Origin: Gammaproteobacteria bacterium | GTDB taxonomy: Bacteria; Pseudomonadota; Gammaproteobacteria; GCA-2400775 | Reading direction: 5' to 3' | Assembly: GCA_002400905.2 (NCBI GenBank) | Contig: NVRQ02000161.1 | Coordinates: forward strand, 1 to 45,431 | DNA: 45,431 nt | In this document: positions 20,213 through 30,783 of the stretch, piece by piece | Layout of the letters: the number at the start of each line of letters is the position of its first letter | Position numbering within the stretch: position 1 is the stretch's first letter | Program-made: the position numbers and the translations under genes | The notes under the pieces: generated by a model | Told to the model about the DNA's origin: nothing | What the model saw: the letters and a program-made list of their open reading frames with translations, nothing else | Database searches by the model: none

Positions 20213-21481
20213 ATGAAGGTGAAACGGTTTTTTGCTGAAGATACTCGAACTGCTATGCGCGAAGTGCGCGAAGCATTTGGATCAGATGCTGTCATTTTAG
20301 CGAACCGTGAAGCCGACGGTGGTATAGAACTCATTGCTGCGATTGATTATGACGAGAATGCATTATCTGATTCAGTCAATAAGGCTGAGCAGCAGATAGC
20401 ACAAAAACCTGCCACTTCATTTTCACAGCATCGAGCTAAAAAATCTGTTGCATCAAGCAATAAGATTTCGGTGCAAGAGCCAATTCAAGCTAAGCAGACT
20501 TCAGCGTCGGTAAAGAGTGGGGCCGCATTAACGTGGTTACAGGAACCAGCACTCGAAAAAATGCAAGAAGAGCTATCGTCTCTGCGTCATGTGGTTGAAG
20601 ATCAACTGTCAGGTTTGGCCTGGGGTGATTTTGAAAGGCGACATCCGCTGCGTACTGAGTTATTAAAACGTTTAATGAGTTTAGGGCTTAATGCCAGTAT
20701 TTGCCAAGAGATATCAAACAATATCGATGATAGTGACGATGTAGAACATAACTGGCGTCAAGCTCTTGGGCACCTTGCATCAAAGGTTCATGTTTCCGAT
20801 GATGATGTTTTGAAAAATGGTGGTGTGATTGCGATGGTGGGGCCGACGGGTGTTGGTAAAACGACCAGTATTGCCAAGATTGCCGCGCGTTACGTGCTGC
20901 GCCATGGCCCTAAAAGTGTTGCTCTAGTGACTGCGGATAATTACCGTGTTGGTGCCTATGAGCAACTCCGTATATATAGTCGAATTCTTGATGTTCCACT
21001 GCACTTACTTAGCAAAGAAGACAAGCTTGAAAGTGTCTTGGATAAATTAATTGATAAGAAATTAGTGCTCATTGATACGGCAGGAGTGAGTCCTCGTGAT
21101 ATTGAATTAAGGCAACGTATACAGCCTTTAATCAATAATCGAGAGCTATTTGATACGTACTTGGTCTTATCGGCAAATTCGCAATTATCGAGTATGGAAA
21201 AATGTTTTGATGCCTTTTCTGAACTTAAGCCCAGCGCATGTGTGCTGACGAAAACAGATGAAGCTGAAAATTTAGGTGCTGCATTGGGTTCGTTAATTCG
21301 TTCGAAAGTGCCACTTGCCTATGTTTGTGACGGTCAACGTGTACCCGAAGATTTGCATTTGGCAAGGCCGCATAGCCTGGTTAATGAGGCGGTGGCGCTG
21401 GTTCAAGATAATAATCAGACTTTCGATTGGGAAGCGCTAGCGCTCGTACTTGGAGGGAGTTCAACTAATGCTTACAACTAG
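20213..21481 (+). CDS. flhF: SRP-family GTPase FlhF
   Basis: GPTGVGKTT, DTAG, TKTDE, GQRVPEDL. Confidence 0.96.
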   Translation: MKVKRFFAEDTRTAMREVREAFGSDAVILANREADGGIELIAAIDYDENALSDSVNKAEQQIAQKPATSFSQHRAKKSVASSNKISVQEPIQAKQTSASVKSGAALTWLQEPALEKMQEELSSLRHVVEDQLSGLAWGDFERRHPLRTELLKRLMSLGLNASICQEISNNIDDSDDVEHNWRQALGHLASKVHVSDDDVLKNGGVIAMVGPTGVGKTTSIAKIAARYVLRHGPKSVALVTADNYRVGAYEQLRIYSRILDVPLHLLSKEDKLESVLDKLIDKKLVLIDTAGVSPRDIELRQRIQPLINNRELFDTYLVLSANSQLSSMEKCFDAFSELKPSACVLTKTDEAENLGAALGSLIRSKVPLAYVCDGQRVPEDLHLARPHSLVNEAVALVQDNNQTFDWEALALVLGGSSTNAYN

Positions 21482-22352
21482 TTCACCTTATGATCAAGCA
21501 CATGGCTTGAGACGGATGCATTCGAGTTCCCCTGTTCGTGTTATCGCCATTACTGGTGGTAAAGGCGGTGTCGGTAAAACGAATATTTCAATCAATTTAG
21601 GTGTGGCAATGTCACAACAAGGCAAGCGTGTTTTACTTCTTGATGCTGATTTAGGGCTGGCTAATGTTGACGTGCTGCTAGGCCTGCACCCGAGGAAAAA
21701 CCTTTCTCATGTTATTAGTGGTGAATGTACGTTAGACGAGGTCATTGTTACCGCACAAGGTGGCCTGAAGATAGTACCAGGTGCCTCGGGTCTTCAGGCA
21801 ATGGCTGATTTATCCAGTGCGGAACGTGGTGGGCTGGTCAACGCATTCAGTGAGCTTAATACCGATCTTGATGTGATGTTAATTGATACGGCTGCTGGAA
21901 TATCAGACTCAGTGTTAAATTTTGTCCGTGCAGCGCAAGAAGTTATCATCGTTGTGTGTGATGAACCGGCATCAATTACTGATGCCTACGCCATGATTAA
22001 GACCTTGAGTTGCCAATATGGAATTAACCGTTTTCGCGTGGTTACTAACATGGTTGCCGGGGTGCGGGAAGGGCAAGAACTTTATAAAAAGCTCGCAGCA
22101 GTGACCAATCGCTTTCTCGATGTTGCGCTCGATTTTATGGGTGCAGTTCCGTATGACGAATATTTACGCAAGGCAATACAAAAACAAAAACCATTAGTTG
22201 AAGCTTACCCTAGGAGTAAAGGATCTATGGCATTTAAGAATTTGGTGCAAAAGGCCGATAAATGGCCTGTACCTACTGAAGCTCAAGGTCATTTAGAGTT
22301 TTTTTGGGAACGTTTGATTGGTGATCAATATACTCAAGGGGCCCAGTTATGA
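21468..22352 (+). CDS. flhG: MinD-like flagellar number regulator FlhG/FleN
   Basis: DQA motif, GKGGVGKT, DADLGLAN; ATG 21468 follows GGAGGG. Confidence 0.95.
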   Translation: MLTTSSPYDQAHGLRRMHSSSPVRVIAITGGKGGVGKTNISINLGVAMSQQGKRVLLLDADLGLANVDVLLGLHPRKNLSHVISGECTLDEVIVTAQGGLKIVPGASGLQAMADLSSAERGGLVNAFSELNTDLDVMLIDTAAGISDSVLNFVRAAQEVIIVVCDEPASITDAYAMIKTLSCQYGINRFRVVTNMVAGVREGQELYKKLAAVTNRFLDVALDFMGAVPYDEYLRKAIQKQKPLVEAYPRSKGSMAFKNLVQKADKWPVPTEAQGHLEFFWERLIGDQYTQGAQL

Positions 22353-23086
22353 ATGGTGCAGCAATGTACGCGTCGGTACGACCTAACGGTTCAGAGCAAG
22401 ATGAAGTTATTGCGCAACATGCACCGTTGGTAAAGCGGATTGCCTATCACTTGATGAGTCGATTGCCAGCGAGTGTGCAGGCGGATGATCTCATTCAAGC
22501 CGGAATGATTGGTCTGTTAGAGGCTGCGCGTAACTACGATGCAACTCAGGGTGCAAGCTTTGAAACGTATGCGGGTATTCGTGTCCGTGGTGCCATGCTT
22601 GACGAAATTCGCAAGGGCGATTGGGTGCCACGATCTGTACATCGTAAAGCCAGACAGATGGCTGAGGCAGTGCGGGCAATTGAACATAAGCATGGACGTG
22701 ACGCACGCGATCATGAAATTGCCGAGGCAATGGAACTCGATCTCAATGCTTATTACAAGGTATTGCAAGATGTCAGCGGACATCGCGTGCTGAGTTTTGA
22801 AGACGTTGGCGTTGATGAGGATGCGATGTCTACGTTGACCGCAGATAAATCAACAAATCCTGACGAGGGATTATTGAGAGAGGATTTCAAGCGTTGCTTG
22901 GCAGAAGGAATTTCTGGCTTACCAGAGCGCGAAAGGCTGGTATTAACACTTTATTACGACGAAGAGCTTAATCTTCGAGAGATTGGTGCCGTTATCGGTG
23001 TAAGCGAATCGCGAGTTAGTCAGATTCATAGTCAGGCACTCATTAGGTTGAAGGCAAGAATGGCAAATTGGTTAGGAAAGGACTGA
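22349..23086 (+). CDS. fliA: RNA polymerase sigma factor sigma28
   Basis: DDLIQAGMIGL, FETYAGIRVRGAMLDE, ESRVSQIH. Confidence 0.97.
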   Translation: MNGAAMYASVRPNGSEQDEVIAQHAPLVKRIAYHLMSRLPASVQADDLIQAGMIGLLEAARNYDATQGASFETYAGIRVRGAMLDEIRKGDWVPRSVHRKARQMAEAVRAIEHKHGRDARDHEIAEAMELDLNAYYKVLQDVSGHRVLSFEDVGVDEDAMSTLTADKSTNPDEGLLREDFKRCLAEGISGLPERERLVLTLYYDEELNLREIGAVIGVSESRVSQIHSQALIRLKARMANWLGKD

Positions 23087-23130
23087 AGTCATGTCTCGTG
23101 CGGAAAAGAGAATAGTTTGGAGGTTAATCA

Positions 23131-23520
23131 GTGGATAAAAATATGAAGATCTTGATTGTGGATGATTTTTCCACCATGCGTCGAATAATCAAGAATTTAT
23201 TACGCGATTTAGGTTTTAACAACACGGTTGAGGCCGATGATGGTCAAACCGGGCTACCTATTTTACAGGCAGGTGGTATTGATTTCCTTGTTACGGATTG
23301 GAATATGCCGGGTATGCAAGGAATTGATTTGCTCAAAGCAGTCCGTGCCGATCCTAAGTTGGCAAGTATGCCAGTTTTAATGGTAACCGCAGAGCAAAAG
23401 CGCGAACAAATTATTGAAGCTGCCCAGGCGGGCGTTAGTGGCTACATTGTGAAGCCATTTACAGCGGCGACATTGAAGGAGAAGATCGACAAGATTTTCG
23501 AACGTATCGCGGCCGCTTAG
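23131..23520 (+). CDS. cheY: Chemotaxis response regulator CheY
   Basis: [22 protein letters not shown]. Confidence 0.98.
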   Translation: MDKNMKILIVDDFSTMRRIIKNLLRDLGFNNTVEADDGQTGLPILQAGGIDFLVTDWNMPGMQGIDLLKAVRADPKLASMPVLMVTAEQKREQIIEAAQAGVSGYIVKPFTAATLKEKIDKIFERIAAA

Positions 23521-23545
23521 AACGCACAGAATACAGGGGAGCACC

Positions 23546-24286
23546 ATGAAAAATCAGGCAATAGAAGAAGATATACGTCTATCAAAGGCGCGTGAGCTTG
23601 TCCATTTTCTAGAACAATCAGACGAGGAATCAGCAATACAAATTATTGATGATATTACCAATGTTCGTAATACAGATTTGTTTGATTCGATTGGTCGTCT
23701 CACGCGTGATCTTCATAACGCAATATCTGGTGTTGGTGACGGTGCTGATGTTTCGCAATTAACGTCATTTGAAATTCCGGATGCAAAAGAGCGTCTAAAT
23801 TATGTTGTCAAGATGACCGAACAGGCAGCCGACAAAACATTGAGTGCGATTGAAGATATTCTACCTCGTTGTGATCAACTGCATGATCGTTCAGTCCGAT
23901 TGTCGGCTATTTGGAATCGTTATGCATCGGGTGATATGCCAGAAGAAGAATTTCATTCTATGTCTGATGTGATCAGATCGTTTCTAAATAAATCTGAAGC
24001 TGACTCAGATAAAATACGAATAAAACTAAAAGAAGTCTTGATAGCGCAAGAATATCAGGATATCACCAGCCAAGTTATTGGACGAGTAATCAGGCTTGTT
24101 GAAGATGTTGAAACCAGTTTAATGAAGGTTTTGCGTTTGACCGGCTTAGATGGGGGTGAGACTGAAAAATCTGGTAAGCGTAGCGAAGACGAGTTAGAGG
24201 GGCCGCAGATACCTGGGCATCGGTCTTCAACGGCGGTTAATGGGCAAGATGAAGTCGATGATTTATTATCCAGTCTCGGTTTTTAA
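23546..24286 (+). CDS. cheZ: CheY-P phosphatase CheZ
   Basis: AQEYQDITSQ catalytic DxxxQ; C-terminal QDEVDDLLSSLGF. Confidence 0.95.
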   Translation: MKNQAIEEDIRLSKARELVHFLEQSDEESAIQIIDDITNVRNTDLFDSIGRLTRDLHNAISGVGDGADVSQLTSFEIPDAKERLNYVVKMTEQAADKTLSAIEDILPRCDQLHDRSVRLSAIWNRYASGDMPEEEFHSMSDVIRSFLNKSEADSDKIRIKLKEVLIAQEYQDITSQVIGRVIRLVEDVETSLMKVLRLTGLDGGETEKSGKRSEDELEGPQIPGHRSSTAVNGQDEVDDLLSSLGF

Positions 24287-24299
24287 GGACGAATAAGCG

Positions 24300-26267
24300 A
24301 TGTCTTACGATCTAAATGATGAAATCTTACAAGACTTTCTAATCGAAGCAGATGAGCTAATGGAATTGCTTGCTGAGCAATTAGTCGATTTAGAAAAAAC
24401 ACCTGATGATGCGAATTTATTGGCTGCAATTTTTCGTGCATTCCATACTGTTAAAGGTGGGGCAGGGTTCTTAGCAATCCAGCCACTTATCGATGTTTGT
24501 CATCGTGCAGAGGATGTGTTTAACGTTTTACGCGAAGGTGAGCGTGTTGCTGACACGCACTTGATGGACGTTATATTGCAGGTGATGGATAGCGTTAACG
24601 AGATGTTTGACACGGTCCGTACGGGTGAAGAGCCCGATCCAGCAAGCCCCGATATATTGAAAGCGCTGGAAATACTGGCCAAGCCACCCGCTGTTGAAGC
24701 TGCGTCTCAACCTGTGGCAGTGCCTGAGCCACAGGATATCAGTGAGCCAGTTGCTAGCCAACCTTATGGCAGCAGTAGCGATATGATTACTGATGATGAA
24801 TTTGAATCATTGCTTGATGATCTTCATGGTAGTGAAAAGTCTGCAACGCCTGGCGATGACGTCGCTGCGGCAGCATCAGGCAATAATGACATGATCACAG
24901 AAGATGAATTCGACAGCATGCTGGACGATCTTTACGGTGGTGGTCCGATTGGCGCTACTGCTGCGGCACCTGCTGCCGCAGCAGCGGCTACACCAGCGCC
25001 TGTTGCACAAGAAAAAACTGCTGAGAGCAAAGCGGTTGTTGCCGTTAAAGCAGATGTTAAAGCAGATGCTAAAGCAAAACCACCGACACCAAAAACTGAG
25101 AGTGTCGTCCGCGTCAATACCGAGCGACTTGATGAAATTATGAATATGGTTGGTGAGTTGGTGTTGGTTCGTAACCGCTTACAGACCTTGCAGGGTGAAG
25201 TCGAAAATGAACGCATGGCTAAAGCAGTCAGCGATCTTGATTTGGTGACCTCTGATTTGCAGTCTTCAGTGATGAAGACACGTATGCAGCCGATTAAGAA
25301 AGTATTTGGCCGATTCCCACGTGTTGTTCGTGATCTGGCTCGCAGTTTGGACAAAGAGATAGAGCTAGAATTAGTCGGTGAAGACACCGATATGGACAAA
25401 AATATGGTGGAGGCTTTGGCTGATCCATTAGTTCATTTAGTGCGAAATTCTGTTGACCATGGTGTGGAAACACCGGCAGTCCGCGAGGCGGCTGGCAAAC
25501 CACGTCAAGGTAAGGTTGTGCTGTCAGCGGCACAACAAGGTGATCATATTCTGTTAACCATCGAAGATGATGGTGCAGGCATGGACGCTGAAGTATTGCG
25601 TAATAAAGTCGTTGAAAAAGGCTTGATGGATCAGGATTCAGCGGCGCGATTAGATAAGCGCTCTTGCTACAACCTGATTTTTATGGCTGGGTTTTCGACA
25701 AAAGAACAAATATCTGATGTCTCTGGGCGAGGCGTTGGCATGGATGTGGTTAAAACGAGAATCACCCAGTTAGGTGGTTCAATTGTTATTGATTCAGAAT
25801 TGGGTCGTGGCACGACCATTCGATTGAAATTGCCGTTGACCTTGGCAATTTTACCGACACTGATGATTATGTTACAGGATCAGACGTTTGCCTTGCCATT
25901 AACCGCGGTGGTCGAAATTTTCCATGTCAGTACCAAAGAAATTAGTGTTGTCGATGGTAACCCCGTTATTGTGATACGCGAACAAGCGCTGCCACTACTT
26001 TATGTTGGTAACTGGCTGGTTAAGGATTACGACATTGAAGATATGAATGCTGAAATGGCGCATGTGGTGGTGGTTAATGTAGGTTCACAGCAACTTGGCT
26101 TTGTTGTTGACCAGCTGGTTGGGCAAGAAGAAGTTGTGATTAAACCACTGGGTGCTTTCTTGCATGGAACTAAAGGTATGGCAGGCGCAACGATTACCGG
26201 CAACGGACAGATAGCGTTGATTCTTGATGTGCCAGGTCTAGTTATGCAATACAGACAAATCGCCTAG
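24300..26267 (+). CDS. cheA: Chemotaxis histidine kinase CheA
   Basis: Hpt FHTVKG, RNSVDHG, SGRGVGMDVV, C-terminal CheW domain. Confidence 0.98.
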   Translation: MSYDLNDEILQDFLIEADELMELLAEQLVDLEKTPDDANLLAAIFRAFHTVKGGAGFLAIQPLIDVCHRAEDVFNVLREGERVADTHLMDVILQVMDSVNEMFDTVRTGEEPDPASPDILKALEILAKPPAVEAASQPVAVPEPQDISEPVASQPYGSSSDMITDDEFESLLDDLHGSEKSATPGDDVAAAASGNNDMITEDEFDSMLDDLYGGGPIGATAAAPAAAAAATPAPVAQEKTAESKAVVAVKADVKADAKAKPPTPKTESVVRVNTERLDEIMNMVGELVLVRNRLQTLQGEVENERMAKAVSDLDLVTSDLQSSVMKTRMQPIKKVFGRFPRVVRDLARSLDKEIELELVGEDTDMDKNMVEALADPLVHLVRNSVDHGVETPAVREAAGKPRQGKVVLSAAQQGDHILLTIEDDGAGMDAEVLRNKVVEKGLMDQDSAARLDKRSCYNLIFMAGFSTKEQISDVSGRGVGMDVVKTRITQLGGSIVIDSELGRGTTIRLKLPLTLAILPTLMIMLQDQTFALPLTAVVEIFHVSTKEISVVDGNPVIVIREQALPLLYVGNWLVKDYDIEDMNAEMAHVVVVNVGSQQLGFVVDQLVGQEEVVIKPLGAFLHGTKGMAGATITGNGQIALILDVPGLVMQYRQIA

Positions 26268-26428
26268 CAGGCTGTTGAAAACAGTCTCATGTGGCACGAT
26301 ACGGCGTTAAAATTCGCCTCAAAATGCTCATTTACTCATGTAAACTGCGCTTTCAACGTGCCCTTGGGGTATGAGCCAAATTTTGCCTTGTCTCGCACTC
26401 GCCTGAGACTTTTTCAACAGCCTGCTAG
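26264..26428. mobile_element. MITE-like element, TIR CAGGCTGTTGAAAA, flanked by CTAG
   Basis: CTAGCAGGCTGTTGAAAA...TTTTCAACAGCCTGCTAG, 18-bp perfect IR including CTAG; the left CTAG contains the cheA stop codon. Confidence 0.85.
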
Positions 26429-26440
26429 AGGGTTTTACAG

Positions 26441-27517
26441 ATGAGTGTTCGGGTGCTGGTAGTCGACGACTCTAGATTTTATCGTCGTCGCGTATCCGAA
26501 ATATTAAATTCTGATGCTAATTTTGACGTTATCGGCACCGCAAAAGATGGTGCCGAAGCGGTCGAGTTAACGAGAACTCTGCGCCCCGATGTGATTACCA
26601 TGGATGTTGAGATGCCGGTGATGGATGGCATCACGGCGACTCGACGTATTATGGAATCCACACCCACGCCAATTCTAATGTTTTCAGGACAAACAACCAC
26701 TGGTGCTAGAGCAACATTAGATGCCTTGGACGCGGGTGCTGTTGACTATATTCCTAAGCGTTTTGATGGCATTGTTGAGCATAATGATAACGCGATTGCG
26801 ACACTATGTCGTCGAATACACCAGCTTAAATCGTTAAGAGGAAGCTTTGACAAGTTTACGGCTCAACGTAAAATTTCCGGGACGCATGTAGAGCTTCAAG
26901 CGCGCACGGCGCTAGTGCGGCATGTCGACAATAACGCATTCAATATTCGACATTACCGGATACTGGTGATTGGCACTTCCACAGGAGGCCCGGTTGCCTT
27001 ACAGTCGATATTGACTCAGTTGCCTGCGGATTTCCCTGTTCCTGTTTTACTAGTACAACATATGCCAGGTAATTTTACGCCAGCCTTTGCGCAAAGGCTG
27101 AATCAACTTTGCAAGATAACAGTTAAAGAAGCTGAGAAGGGTGAAATATTGGAGCCGAGTACCGTGTATGTGGCGCCAGGGGGTTATCAAACTAGAGTTA
27201 TGGGGTCGATGGGTGCGATGCGACTTCTCATAGAGCCTTCACAGATGGGGCAAATATATAAACCTTGTATTGATATAACCTACGACTCGTTGTCAAAAAT
27301 GGAGGCTAAAAGAGTTTTAGCTGTCATTCTTACAGGTATGGGCTCAGATGGGACGGAGGGATCAAAATCCTTAAAGTCGGCTGGTGCAACAATTTGGGCG
27401 CAGGACGCAGCTAGTAGCCTGGTCGCGAGCATGCCTGATTCGGTTGCTGGCGCAGGTGTCGTAGACCGAATACTTTCATTGGATGAAATTACCTCGGTCC
27501 TGGCAGAGTCGAGATAA
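26441..27517 (+). CDS. cheB: Chemotaxis methylesterase CheB
   Basis: REC plus esterase domain with GTSTGG, QHMP and LTGMGSDG (Ser-His-Asp triad present). Confidence 0.96.
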   Translation: MSVRVLVVDDSRFYRRRVSEILNSDANFDVIGTAKDGAEAVELTRTLRPDVITMDVEMPVMDGITATRRIMESTPTPILMFSGQTTTGARATLDALDAGAVDYIPKRFDGIVEHNDNAIATLCRRIHQLKSLRGSFDKFTAQRKISGTHVELQARTALVRHVDNNAFNIRHYRILVIGTSTGGPVALQSILTQLPADFPVPVLLVQHMPGNFTPAFAQRLNQLCKITVKEAEKGEILEPSTVYVAPGGYQTRVMGSMGAMRLLIEPSQMGQIYKPCIDITYDSLSKMEAKRVLAVILTGMGSDGTEGSKSLKSAGATIWAQDAASSLVASMPDSVAGAGVVDRILSLDEITSVLAESR

Positions 27518-27520
27518 CGG

Positions 27521-28261
27521 ATGGATTTTCTGAGCCTACTGGGCATCACTGTTGCGTTAGTCGCTATTCTTGGCGGTAACATTCTTGAAGGTGGACACAC
27601 CTCATCGTTGGTGCAAGCCACTGCATTTGTGATCGTTATTGGCGGTACCGTCGGTGCCATCATGTTGCAAGTACCTGTTCGGGTCTTTGCCCGTTCCCTC
27701 TATATCGTGCGTTGGGTTTTCATACCACCTAAGGTTAATTTTGAAGAATACATAGGCAAGATTGTCAATTGGAGCAATGTTGCGCGACGTGAGGGACTGC
27801 TTGGGCTTGAAGTTATTGTTGAGGATGAGCAAGAAGATTTTGCTCGCAAGGGTCTGCAGCTGCTAGTAGACGGTAGTGAGCCGGAGTCGATTCGGGCAAT
27901 TTTAGATGTCGATATTATGGTTAAGGAAGATTTTGATCTGCAAGCGTCTAAGGTTTATGAAGGTATGGGTGGTTATGCACCAACCGTTGGTATTCTTGGC
28001 GCGGTTATGGGCTTGATTCACGTCATGAATAATCTTGCGGATCCATCAAAGCTGGGTCCTGGTATCGCAGTTGCTTTTGTTGCGACTATTTATGGCGTCG
28101 GTTTTGCCAACCTCTTTTTCTTACCGATTGCCGCCAAATTAAAGTCCTCTATCCATCACCAGAGTCGCCTTCGAGAAATGGTTCTTGAAGGTATTGTGGC
28201 GATTGCAGAAGGCGAAAATCCCAGGAATATTGAAACCAAATTGCAAGGCTATTTGATTTAG
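27521..28261 (+). CDS. motC: Flagellar stator protein MotC (MotA family)
   Basis: ARREGLLGLE, GGYAPTVGILGAVMGLI, ATIYGV; located after cheB. Confidence 0.9.
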   Translation: MDFLSLLGITVALVAILGGNILEGGHTSSLVQATAFVIVIGGTVGAIMLQVPVRVFARSLYIVRWVFIPPKVNFEEYIGKIVNWSNVARREGLLGLEVIVEDEQEDFARKGLQLLVDGSEPESIRAILDVDIMVKEDFDLQASKVYEGMGGYAPTVGILGAVMGLIHVMNNLADPSKLGPGIAVAFVATIYGVGFANLFFLPIAAKLKSSIHHQSRLREMVLEGIVAIAEGENPRNIETKLQGYLI

Positions 28262-28270
28262 GCACCGGCG

Positions 28271-29086
28271 ATGAGATCAAACAGACGACAAAGACAGGAG
28301 GAACACGTCAATCATGAGCGATGGTTGGTGTCCTATGCGGATTTTATTACCTTGTTATTCGCTTTTTTTGTCGTGCTGTATTCAGTGTCATCAGTTAACG
28401 AGGGAAAGTATCGAGTCTTGTCTGATGCCTTGGCAGCCGCATTTCGTGCGCCAGCGAGTAGCGTTAATCCCGTAAACGTTGGTAGCGGTCACCAGGCAGC
28501 GCCTTTCGACCCAGCTAACCAAACCATGATTCAGTTACCGCGAATGCCGCTCGCACATTTCATTCCTGAGAAAGAGGAACAGATTGATATCGATAAAATC
28601 GCTGAAAGCGTCGAAAGCGCATTAGAAGAATTGATCAAGCAAGAGCTAGTGAGTGTAAAACAAGAGGGTTTATCGCTTGAGATCGAATTGAAGTCACGAA
28701 TTTTGTTTCCAAGCGGTAGTGCGGTGTTAGCAAACAGTGCAGAACCCATCCTGATACAGCTGGCCGATATTATTCGCAGCTTTGATTACCCAGTAAGAGT
28801 AGAAGGTTATACCGATAATGTGCCCATTAGTACACGGCAGTTCCCTTCAAACTGGGAGCTATCTGCTGGGCGTGCATCAAGTGTGGTGAGATTAATATCG
28901 GCTGCGGGAATTGACCCGCTACAGCTGACGGCGTCGGGTTATGGCCAATTTAGGCCCATAGCAAGTAATGATACGGAAGAAGGGCGCGCGGATAACCGTC
29001 GTGTTGTGCTAGTCGTTGATGCCGGCGCGACCGTCGAGCCAGACAGTGCAACACTCAATCACTTTGGAATACCGGGAAGTTTGTAG
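28271..29086 (+). CDS. motD: Flagellar stator protein MotD (MotB family)
   Basis: WLVSYADFITLLFAFF, OmpA-like domain SNWELS...NRRV. Confidence 0.9.
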   Translation: MRSNRRQRQEEHVNHERWLVSYADFITLLFAFFVVLYSVSSVNEGKYRVLSDALAAAFRAPASSVNPVNVGSGHQAAPFDPANQTMIQLPRMPLAHFIPEKEEQIDIDKIAESVESALEELIKQELVSVKQEGLSLEIELKSRILFPSGSAVLANSAEPILIQLADIIRSFDYPVRVEGYTDNVPISTRQFPSNWELSAGRASSVVRLISAAGIDPLQLTASGYGQFRPIASNDTEEGRADNRRVVLVVDAGATVEPDSATLNHFGIPGSL

Positions 29087-29119
29087 TGTGGACGTCGCAA
29101 TGTATTTGAGGGCAGTGAA

Positions 29120-29908
29120 ATGAAAGTATGGGCGGTATCTAATCAAAAGGGTGGCGTCGGTAAAACCACTACCGTTGCCACCTTAGCAGGAATATTGGCG
29201 TCACGTGGTAAGCGTGTTTTGATGCTGGATCTTGACCCACATGGATCGCTAACGAGTTATTTTGGTGGCGATCCAGATTTATCGAGTGCCAGTATTTATA
29301 ACTTATTTCAGCATGGGCCTGAATGTGCCGATACATTGGTGCAGGAAACAGGAATAGAGGGTCTACACCTAATACACGCGGCGACAGCAATGGCAACGCT
29401 GGATCGTCAGGTCGGTGCTAGCGGTGGCAAAGGTTTAGTTATTAGCCAAGGTTTGGCGCAGTTATACGAGCAATATGATTATGCGTTGCTCGATTGTCCA
29501 CCAATACTTGGTGTGTTGATGGTTAATGCGCTTGCAGCGTGCGAGCATTTATTTATTCCTGTGCAGACTGAATTCCTTGCGTTGAAAGGATTAGAACGTA
29601 TGTTGAAGACACTAACAATGGTGGTTAAGGCTAAGCAAATGACATTAGCCTATACAATATTGCCAACAATGTTTGATAGACGTACGCGTGCATCGATCAA
29701 AAGCTTGCGCTCGTTGCGCGAAAACTATGCTGACACGATTTCACCGCATGTTATTCCTGTGGACACGCAATTTCGTGATGCCAGTCAAGCGGGCAAACCT
29801 TTGTCGATGATCAATCCGAGTGCGCGTGGTGCTGTGGCCTATACTCATATTTTGGAAGAGATGATACCCATTGATGATTCGCTACGACAACGAGCCTTCG
29901 CATCATGA
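29120..29908 (+). CDS. ParA-family ATPase of the chemotaxis cluster (ParC-like)
   Basis: NQKGGVGKTT, DLDPHGSLT, PVQTEFLALKGL. Confidence 0.92.
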   Translation: MKVWAVSNQKGGVGKTTTVATLAGILASRGKRVLMLDLDPHGSLTSYFGGDPDLSSASIYNLFQHGPECADTLVQETGIEGLHLIHAATAMATLDRQVGASGGKGLVISQGLAQLYEQYDYALLDCPPILGVLMVNALAACEHLFIPVQTEFLALKGLERMLKTLTMVVKAKQMTLAYTILPTMFDRRTRASIKSLRSLRENYADTISPHVIPVDTQFRDASQAGKPLSMINPSARGAVAYTHILEEMIPIDDSLRQRAFAS

Positions 29909-30783
29909 GTTCAAGAAATAGCACTTTAGCTCAAGGGCAAATAGTGGACGCTAGTTCCGCGTTGAATGATTATTTTGATGTGTTGCTGCAGGAAGTGACG
30001 GAGAGTCAACCGTCAGTGGAAGGACGTCGTGTCAGTGAAGAGGTTAATAGCGCGGCGGTAGCTAGCGCTCAGCAAGAGGGTTCAAAATTTGTCATTGAAG
30101 AGGAGAGCTCATCGCATACCGACGAAAGGTCAAGCGAATCCGCAGTTGAAAAAAGCGTAGTAACCGAGTTAGTTGAAGTTTGTGATCAGTCACAACCAGA
30201 ATGTGTTGAAGCAGCGTCAGCTGAAGAACTGAATGATCAATTGGATGGCGCCGAAGTTGACGAAGGGGCTACTGAATCTGAGGGTGATAACGCAGAATAT
30301 TATGTTGAAGGTGCGCCAGATTGGGCGCGCAGGCCTTTCCAGGCATTAGAGTTTAGTATCGCAAAATTGAAGCTGGTAATCCCCTTGGTACATCTTTTCG
30401 GAATTCTCGACTGGGATCAGGCTGCTCTGACCTCTATGCCAGGTCACAGCAAACATTTTATTGGTGTTTGGCCCAATCACGGTATTAATTCAAAAATTGT
30501 CGATGTCGCCGAAATGATGGTGCCGCAACGTTACCAGCACAAGATAGAACCATGGCAAAAACGCCTGACCAAAGTTGTGCTAATCGACGACTCTGTTTGG
30601 GGGTTGGCGTGCGATGAAATTATGGGTGTTGTCACCCTAGATCCACGGGAGGTTCGTTGGCGTTGTGATCGCACGCATCGTCCATGGCTTGCTGGCACAT
30701 TAATCGAACATATGTCGGCACTGGTTGATGGTGACCAATTTGCAGTATCACTGTTACAGGGTGAGGAGAGCGTTACTGCATAG
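29905..30783 (+). CDS. CheW-like domain protein with acidic linker (ParP-like)
   Basis: N-terminal ALNDYFDVLL, long acidic linker, C-terminal CheW-like domain (WGLACD, RPWLAGT). Confidence 0.82.
   Translation: MSSRNSTLAQGQIVDASSALNDYFDVLLQEVTESQPSVEGRRVSEEVNSAAVASAQQEGSKFVIEEESSSHTDERSSESAVEKSVVTELVEVCDQSQPECVEAASAEELNDQLDGAEVDEGATESEGDNAEYYVEGAPDWARRPFQALEFSIAKLKLVIPLVHLFGILDWDQAALTSMPGHSKHFIGVWPNHGINSKIVDVAEMMVPQRYQHKIEPWQKRLTKVVLIDDSVWGLACDEIMGVVTLDPREVRWRCDRTHRPWLAGTLIEHMSALVDGDQFAVSLLQGEESVTA

Noticed and set aside
24783-24938. Duplicated MIT(D/E)DEF(E/D)SxLDDLxG motif in CheA
   Set aside because: Real, but such acidic repeats in place of a classical P2 domain are familiar in polar-flagellate CheA proteins.
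26441-27517. CheB has LVASMP where VVYGMP is usual
   Set aside because: Catalytic triad and phosphoacceptor are intact; probably ordinary divergence.
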